Shown piece by piece: positions 58,456-64,000 of a DNA stretch of 64,000 nucleotides. The notes beneath the pieces were generated by a model. It did no database searches, was not told where the DNA came from, and was given only the letters and a program-made list of their open reading frames with translations. Positions within the stretch are counted from its first letter, which is position 1. Each line of letters begins with the position of its first letter. The stretch comes from Dehalococcoidia bacterium (GTDB lineage Bacteria > Chloroflexota > Dehalococcoidia > Lucifugimonadales > Australimonadaceae). The position numbers and the translations under genes are program-made. The stretch spans positions 2,049 to 66,048 of the forward strand of contig CAUZFB010000008.1 of NCBI GenBank assembly GCA_963579135.1, given 5' to 3'.

Positions 58456-60303
58456 CTAGAGCGCGCCCGTTCCGCTGGCAAATAGGTCGCGCAGCCGTAA
58501 GTTGACCTGGACTGCCTGCTGATCCACCGCATCTTTGTACCCGGGGTCGGCGGGGGAAGCATCGTCGGCCAGTGCCATCTCTTCCTGCGCCTTTAACTCC
58601 CGAAGGTACCGCTCTTCCATGCGGTGCAGGCAAGCCTGCCAATCGGCTGCCCGCTGCTTGCGGTCTGCGGGGGGGAGAACCTTGGAAGCTAAATGCTCAA
58701 GATGCTCCGCAGCCACGTCGTCAAGCAGCGGATACGTGCCCTCCATTGTACCAGTAGCTTGAATCGCGCTCAATAATGCGCGATTTTCGGCCCTGCGCAT
58801 GTGCTCCGGCGGCAGCTCCGCGACCAATTCAAGCACCTCCGGGTACTGAGCGATCAACGCAAGCACGTACTCGTCCAAAACGTCGTGGTCTGCCTTACGG
58901 AACACCGACTCAGCCTGTGCCTTGCCACCCTCCCGTTTCGCCTGTTGCTGCTGTGGGCGGGGCCGCCCCGGCGTTCGGGAGCGCCCCACGCTCGCTTCCA
59001 GCGTCTCGATAGGCACCGATAACATGTCCGCAAGCTTAGCGAAGTACTGCTCCTGCTCCACCCAATTGGGGATCGCGAAGATCACCGGCATCAGCAGCTC
59101 GACAGCTTCCGCTTTCCCCTCAGGGGTCGAGGTATCCAGACGGCTGGCTTCCGCCCTCAGCAGGAAATCCACCACCGGCACGGCGTTGGTGATCAGCTCG
59201 CGCCACTTAGAGCCATCGGCACGGATCATTTCGTCCGGGTCCTTGCCGTCGGTGATCAACGCTATGCGCAGCGCGTCCATGTCGGACGACCGCTGCTTGA
59301 TGTCGGCGCGGGCACGTCCCTTCGACGTCTGAAGCTCTCCGCCCAGCAGCTGCCACGACGTTCGCAAACTGCGGAGCATCGCCTCCTGCCCCGCAGCGTC
59401 AGCGTCCAGGGCAAGCACGACTCGCGGAGCACGCGCACGAAGCAAGTTGACCTGTTCTTCAGTCAGCGCCGTCCCCATAGACGCCACCACGTTCTGGTAC
59501 CCGTGCTCATGCGCCGTAATCACGTCCATGTACCCTTCGACCACCACGGCGACTCCCTCGCGGGCGATGGCGTCGCGGGCCCGATCCAGGCCGTACAGCA
59601 TCTTGCCTTTGTCGAACAGCTCGGTCTGTGACGTGTTCAGGTACTTGGGATTCGCACCGGCCAGCGAGCGGCCAGCGAACCCGATAACCTGGCCTTCGCT
59701 GTCGCGCAGGACGAAAGTGAGCCGTCCACGGATGAAATCGCGCACCTCGCCTGACTCGAACCGGGAGACGACTCCAGCGGCGACCGCCTGGTCCTCCGTG
59801 TAGCCCAGAGCTGTCAGGTGCTTCAGTAAATCGTCGCCCGTGCTCGGGGCGTAGCCGATGCCGAACCGCACAACCGCCTCCTCGGTGAGCGCACGTTGCT
59901 CAACATACGCTCGGGCCAGCGCGCCCTTGTCCGCTTGGAGGGCTTCACGATAGAAGCGAAGCGTAGCCTCGTTCACCGCGAACAGGGGATTGCGTGGGCC
60001 ATCCTTGCGCTGCGTGCGCTCGGGCAGCGCCACACCCGCACGCTCGGCGAGTGTCTTGAGCGCCACCGGAAATTCGACACCCTCGATCTTCTGGACGAAG
60101 TTGAAGACGTCGCCACCCTGGGCGCATGCACCAAAGCAACGCCAGGTCTGGCGCTCCGGGAACACCACGAACGAAGGCGTGTTCTCCTGGTGGAAGGGGC
60201 AGCGCGCGTGGTAATTGCGCCCCGCGCGCTTTAGATCGGGGACGTAATCAGCCACCACATCGACGATGTCGATACGCGCCTTGATATCGTCAGTTGCTGC
60301 CAT
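58456..60303 (-). CDS. dnaG: DNA primase
   Basis: 615-aa ORF with a zinc ribbon (CPFHQENTPSF....WRCFGC), Toprim (..VVVEGYMDV.., ..ALDADAAG..). dnaG-rpoD order is conserved. Confidence 0.95.
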   Translation of the reverse strand: MAATDDIKARIDIVDVVADYVPDLKRAGRNYHARCPFHQENTPSFVVFPERQTWRCFGACAQGGDVFNFVQKIEGVEFPVALKTLAERAGVALPERTQRKDGPRNPLFAVNEATLRFYREALQADKGALARAYVEQRALTEEAVVRFGIGYAPSTGDDLLKHLTALGYTEDQAVAAGVVSRFESGEVRDFIRGRLTFVLRDSEGQVIGFAGRSLAGANPKYLNTSQTELFDKGKMLYGLDRARDAIAREGVAVVVEGYMDVITAHEHGYQNVVASMGTALTEEQVNLLRARAPRVVLALDADAAGQEAMLRSLRTSWQLLGGELQTSKGRARADIKQRSSDMDALRIALITDGKDPDEMIRADGSKWRELITNAVPVVDFLLRAEASRLDTSTPEGKAEAVELLMPVIFAIPNWVEQEQYFAKLADMLSVPIETLEASVGRSRTPGRPRPQQQQAKREGGKAQAESVFRKADHDVLDEYVLALIAQYPEVLELVAELPPEHMRRAENRALLSAIQATGTMEGTYPLLDDVAAEHLEHLASKVLPPADRKQRAADWQACLHRMEERYLRELKAQEEMALADDASPADPGYKDAVDQQAVQVNLRLRDLFASGTGAL

Positions 60304-60475
60304 CGGTCGTCCTCCGCCCCGGGTTGCGCCCCAAGTTGCGACATGGAACCACGCCGATTCTGTGCGGCCCCGCCCTAAATCGCCAAGATAAATGGAAGTT
60401 CAATTTCACTCTGTTTGCGCGTTGACGCGCAACACCCGCATGGCACACTCGGCTCTGCTCTGGTACAACGACCGC

Positions 60476-61276
60476 ATGCCTACGCGTTTCTATCATGTCG
60501 ACGCCTTCACCTCGGTTCCCTACACCGGCAACCCGGCGGTGGTGTGCCCGCTAGACGGCCCCGCCTCTCCTCATTGGATGCAGGATGTAGCGGCGGAGAT
60601 GAATGTCAGCGAGACGGCGTTCTTCCATCGGAATGGCCCAGACAGCGATACGTTCCACCTGCGCTGGTTCACGCCCATCACCGAAGTCGACCTCTGCGGG
60701 CATGCGACCCTCGCTAGCGCTCATGTGCTACGCGAGGATGGTATAGTCCCCGTGGGACAAACGGTGCGGTTCCAGACCGCAAGCGGCCTGCTCACCGTGG
60801 AGATCGGCGACGACCTGCTGTGCATGGATTTCCCGGCCGAGCGTGCAGAGGCGGTCGACACGCCGGAAGCACTCGCCACGGGCTTGGGAGTCCAACCAAT
60901 ATGGGTAGGCCGCAATCGGCTCGACTACGTCGCGGAACTGGAATCGGCAGCGATCGTTGGCGAACTCACACCCGACCTACGCGCGCTCGCCGATCTCCCC
61001 GGACGCGGAGTCATCGTGACGGCGAGAGGCGAAGAACCGGGCATCGACTATGTCTGCCGCGTGTTCGGCCCGAAAACTGGCATTCCAGAAGATCCCGCAA
61101 CAGGCTCGGCCCAATGCGCCTTGGGGCCGTACTGGGCCGAGAAACTTGGCAAAGCTGAACTAGCGGCGTACCAATCGTCCAGACGCGGTGGTCACATGCA
61201 TGTGCGGCCACAGGGCCAGCGAGTCATCATCAGCGGCCAATCGGTCACGATTTCGTCCGGCGAGCTACTGCGCTAA
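60476..61276 (+). CDS. PhzF family isomerase-like protein
   Basis: Start at ATG 60476 (MPTRFYHVDAFTSVPYTGNPAAV...). ..ETAFF.. and ..CGHATLA.. are family hallmarks. Confidence 0.85.
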   Translation: MPTRFYHVDAFTSVPYTGNPAVVCPLDGPASPHWMQDVAAEMNVSETAFFHRNGPDSDTFHLRWFTPITEVDLCGHATLASAHVLREDGIVPVGQTVRFQTASGLLTVEIGDDLLCMDFPAERAEAVDTPEALATGLGVQPIWVGRNRLDYVAELESAAIVGELTPDLRALADLPGRGVIVTARGEEPGIDYVCRVFGPKTGIPEDPATGSAQCALGPYWAEKLGKAELAAYQSSRRGGHMHVRPQGQRVIISGQSVTISSGELLR

Positions 61277-61514
61277 GCAGGGCAAACCTTCGTGCCCCAC
61301 AACCGGCTATTCCTGCCATCGCCATAATGGAAACAACCGCCCGTCACGCGATCGGCGCCCTGCACGCTACCCTCTCTCTTGACGACATACGTCGTCGCCA
61401 AACCAGCGCGCCGGAGCGCCGAGCGACCTTTAGTTCCACCGACGAAGCCAAGAGTTCCGAGGGCGAGCACACGCCTCATGCTCGCGTCATGGGCGGAGCT
61501 GTTAGGCGGCGGTG

Positions 61515-61853
61515 TTACCGGTCGCGGCGTTGTTCAGACGCATCCGGTTTCGGGGCCAACCCGATCAGCCTCAACGGTCGTCCCCAGATACGCATCACCC
61601 GCCGCGTGAAGTACGCACGCTTGCCGAATAACGTCCCCACCGCAACGAGAGTGACAGAGTAGGACGGCGGGATAAGCAGTAGGTATGCGACCCGGAAACT
61701 CCATGGACCCGACCACAGAGAGCCTTCGAGCCCCAGCGCGCACGATAGGATCAGCTTGCTCAGGAACACCGCGATCAAACCCGTGATCGCGAAAACGATC
61801 AACACAACCAGGTAGTGGCGGGCCTCAGTCGATATGCTAGAGGGCAGAATCAC
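61515..61853 (-). CDS. small conserved membrane protein (unassigned family)
   Basis: 112-aa ORF with 2-3 TM segments (..LVVLIVFAITGLIAVFLSK.., ..AYLLLIPPSYSVTLVAVGTLFG..). 4-nt overlap with the upstream reductase gene. Confidence 0.5.
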   Translation of the reverse strand: MILPSSISTEARHYLVVLIVFAITGLIAVFLSKLILSCALGLEGSLWSGPWSFRVAYLLLIPPSYSVTLVAVGTLFGKRAYFTRRVMRIWGRPLRLIGLAPKPDASEQRRDR

Positions 61854-62749
61854 AGGTTCTGACGCGCCTCTCGGCCCGCGAGCCCCTCAACCGCCTTGAT
61901 GATCGCCTGTGTACCCTCGTCGCCTAGCCCTGCGGCCTCCAGCGCAGTGAAGTACTGGCGCGCCAGCGACGTCACCGCCAGGGGCACGTGCGCCTTCTGC
62001 GCAGCCTCTTGGATCAACCGCAGATCCTTCTGTTGCAGTTTCACCATGAAGCCTGGTGCGAAGTCACCCTGCACCATACGCGGCCCCAGATTCGCAAGCT
62101 GCCACGAGCCCGCCGCACCCCCGGACACCGCCTCGATCGTCTTCAGCAGGTCCGCACCCTGTGCCGACGCGAAAACTAACGCCTCCGCGACCGCTGAGGC
62201 TGTTCCTGCCACCAGTATCTGATTCACCAGCTTCGTCGTCTGACCCATCCCGGATGGACCCATCAGCGTGATGCTCTTGCCCATCGTCTGAAACACCGGT
62301 AAGCAGCGGTCGAACGTTGCCTGCTCACCACCCACCATGATCGTCAGCGTACCCTGCTGTGCGCCCCACGAGCCCCCGCTGACCGGCGCGTCTAGCATCG
62401 CGATCCCTGCGGCTGCCAACCGTCCCGCCAACTCCTGCGTGGCCGCGGGAGCCACCGTGCTCATGTCGATCAGCACGCTACCGGCCTTCATGGAGGACGC
62501 TAGCCCGCCGTCTCCTTCGACCACACCCAGCACATCGGGAGTGTCCGGGACCATCGTGATCACCACCGAGCACTTCTCGCCGACCTCGGCGATACTCTGC
62601 GCGACCTCGACTCCGTCGGGCGCAAGGGCTTCCGCCCTCGCTGCCGTGCGGTTGTACACCGTGACTTTGAAGCCGCCTTTTACCAGGTTCAGGGCCATGG
62701 GGCCGCCCATGATCCCTGTTCCGACGACGCCGATCCGTTCGTCAGCCAT
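61850..62749 (-). CDS. NAD(P)-dependent oxidoreductase, 2-hydroxy-3-oxopropionate (tartronate semialdehyde) reductase / HIBADH family
   Basis: 299-aa ORF with IGVVGTGIMGGPMALNL. Sits directly downstream of an HpcH-type aldolase. Confidence 0.9.
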   Translation of the reverse strand: MADERIGVVGTGIMGGPMALNLVKGGFKVTVYNRTAARAEALAPDGVEVAQSIAEVGEKCSVVITMVPDTPDVLGVVEGDGGLASSMKAGSVLIDMSTVAPAATQELAGRLAAAGIAMLDAPVSGGSWGAQQGTLTIMVGGEQATFDRCLPVFQTMGKSITLMGPSGMGQTTKLVNQILVAGTASAVAEALVFASAQGADLLKTIEAVSGGAAGSWQLANLGPRMVQGDFAPGFMVKLQQKDLRLIQEAAQKAHVPLAVTSLARQYFTALEAAGLGDEGTQAIIKAVEGLAGREARQNL

Positions 62750-63526
62750 CTACCGGCCCTCCTCGATGGCGCGGACACCCTGCACGTAGGCAGCCGTCGC
62801 AGCGCCCAGCAACGCGTTGGCGCCCGTCAGGAAGAAGCCCACGCCCCTATCCCGCCAGTAACCGTAATCCTCAGGAGATCGTGCGATCGTGCCCGAAACC
62901 TTTCCCGCCGCTACGATTGTCTTCGTCAGATCCTCAATGACCTTCAGCACCTTCTCATGCTTGCCTTGACCATGGACACCCAGCGCCACCGAAAGATCGG
63001 TCGGGCCTAGGAACACCACGTCAACGCCCTCGGTCGCGATGATCTCGTCCGCGTGCTCGATGCCTTCGAGCGTCTCAATCTGCGCGATCACACACGTCGC
63101 CTCGTTGGCCGCCGCACAGTAGTCCGCCAGCGATTCCGCCATCCCGTAGTGGTTCGCACGCACGCTTGCTAGGCCACGACGGCCTACCGGTGGGTACTTC
63201 ACGTAACTCACTAGACGCTCCGCGTCATCCCCGGAATTGATCATCGGCGTCATCACGCCCACTGAACCTGCGTCCAGAAATTTCGAGATCACCTGCTGTG
63301 TGTTCTCACCGATCCGGGTCAGCGCGGGCACGTTCAGCGCCTCCGCAGCCCGGTACATATTCACTGCATCGTTCGGCAAGATCGGGTTGTGCTCGCTATC
63401 CACCACAAGGAAGTCCATCCCGCCCAGCGCGAGAAGTTCCACGGTCGTGGGTGACTCGATGCTAACAAAGGCTCCGACAACCGGTTCCCTCGCCTGCATT
63501 TTGGTTTTCATGGCGTTATTGATCAT
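62750..63526 (-). CDS. HpcH/HpaI family aldolase (2-keto-3-deoxy-acid aldolase)
   Basis: 258-aa ORF ..VGAFVSIESPTTVELLALGGMDFLVVDSEHNP.. and ..IAQIETLEGI.. typical of HpcH/GarL-type class II aldolases. Confidence 0.9.
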   Translation of the reverse strand: MINNAMKTKMQAREPVVGAFVSIESPTTVELLALGGMDFLVVDSEHNPILPNDAVNMYRAAEALNVPALTRIGENTQQVISKFLDAGSVGVMTPMINSGDDAERLVSYVKYPPVGRRGLASVRANHYGMAESLADYCAAANEATCVIAQIETLEGIEHADEIIATEGVDVVFLGPTDLSVALGVHGQGKHEKVLKVIEDLTKTIVAAGKVSGTIARSPEDYGYWRDRGVGFFLTGANALLGAATAAYVQGVRAIEEGR

Positions 63527-63581
63527 GGCTAGTCGCTCTCAACCTATTGTGGGATTGGTGTATCTAAGTATGTTATGCGGT

Positions 63582-64000
63582 TCAACGGTTAGCCGCAGCA
63601 TCGCCGCCGTGCAGCTGTCGTATCACGAATACCACGCCACCCGTCGCGACGATGCTCAGGTAGCTGATGGCCCTGTCCAGCAGCGCCACCGCCACCGCCG
63701 TCTCAACCGTCAGCTCCAGTTGCAGCAAACCGCTCACTCCCGTCTCAACGACGCCCAGACCTCCCGGCGTTAGCGGGATCGCCGAAAGCAACCCATTGGC
63801 CATTGGCACGAACACCACAAGACCCATCGCCACGGGCACGCCCAGTGCCTTGATGACGAAGAACAAACGCCCAACCTCTGCTAGCCAGCCCAGCAGCCCG
63901 AGCCCGAACACCCAGTGCAGCGAACCGAAACTCCCCATCGTGCCCTCGTGGAACCGGTGGTAGAGATTAGCCAACCTCTTCGGAAACAACACCGCTACCA
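63582..64000 (-). CDS. flippase-like / lysylphosphatidylglycerol-synthase TM-region (UPF0104) family protein, 5' end outside the window
   Basis: The ORF runs to the window edge. ..AIPLTPGGLGVVETGVSGLL.. is the hallmark segment of the family. Confidence 0.7.
   Translation of the reverse strand, partial: VAVLFPKRLANLYHRFHEGTMGSFGSLHWVFGLGLLGWLAEVGRLFFVIKALGVPVAMGLVVFVPMANGLLSAIPLTPGGLGVVETGVSGLLQLELTVETAVAVALLDRAISYLSIVATGGVVFVIRQLHGGDAAANR

Overview
High-GC (about 62%), gene-dense bacterial chromosomal window. All family calls below come from reading the supplied translations and DNA by eye; no database search was run. Most of the window is housekeeping: recG, groES-groEL behind a sigma70-like promoter and a CIRCE operator, lysA-holB, prfA-prmC, hisS, rel, rpsT, lexA with a GAAC-N4-GTTC SOS box, speH-speE, ybeY-dnaX-ybaB-recR, ffh, and dnaG-rpoD. 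Between these lie metabolic paralog clusters: two enoyl-CoA hydratases with an acyl-CoA ligase; a six-gene DinB-DinB-SDR-SDR-amidohydrolase-TPP enzyme string; an HpcH aldolase with a reductase; and a csoR-copA-YHS copper module with a recognisable promoter and operator. The regulatory grammar (CIRCE, Cheo-type SOS box, CsoR) and gene content suggest a Chloroflexota-like or other monoderm-type lineage, but this is inference only. I found no rRNA, tRNA, CRISPR array, transposase, integrase, or recognisable defence or mobile island, and no convincing novel multi-gene system. The strongest non-routine signals are: (1) an AhpD/CMD-like peroxidase-related gene split by a single in-frame TGA at the second position of its CxxC redox motif, followed 6 nt later by an 11-bp hairpin, i.e. 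a probable selenoprotein (CxxU) with a bSECIS; (2) an 86-nt multi-helix element just upstream of a small HNH endonuclease whose conserved N-terminus has no canonical start codon and whose SD-like G-run lies inside the outer helix; (3) an unusual density of gene remnants and internally deleted genes (PSP1/YaaT, a CocE-N-terminus/MBL-C-terminus chimera, a PlsY N-terminal stub, an in-frame-deleted Fpg/Nei, and a start-less membrane-protein tail); (4) a lipoprotein with a Pro/Thr linker and a trypsin-like domain lacking the catalytic His and Ser.
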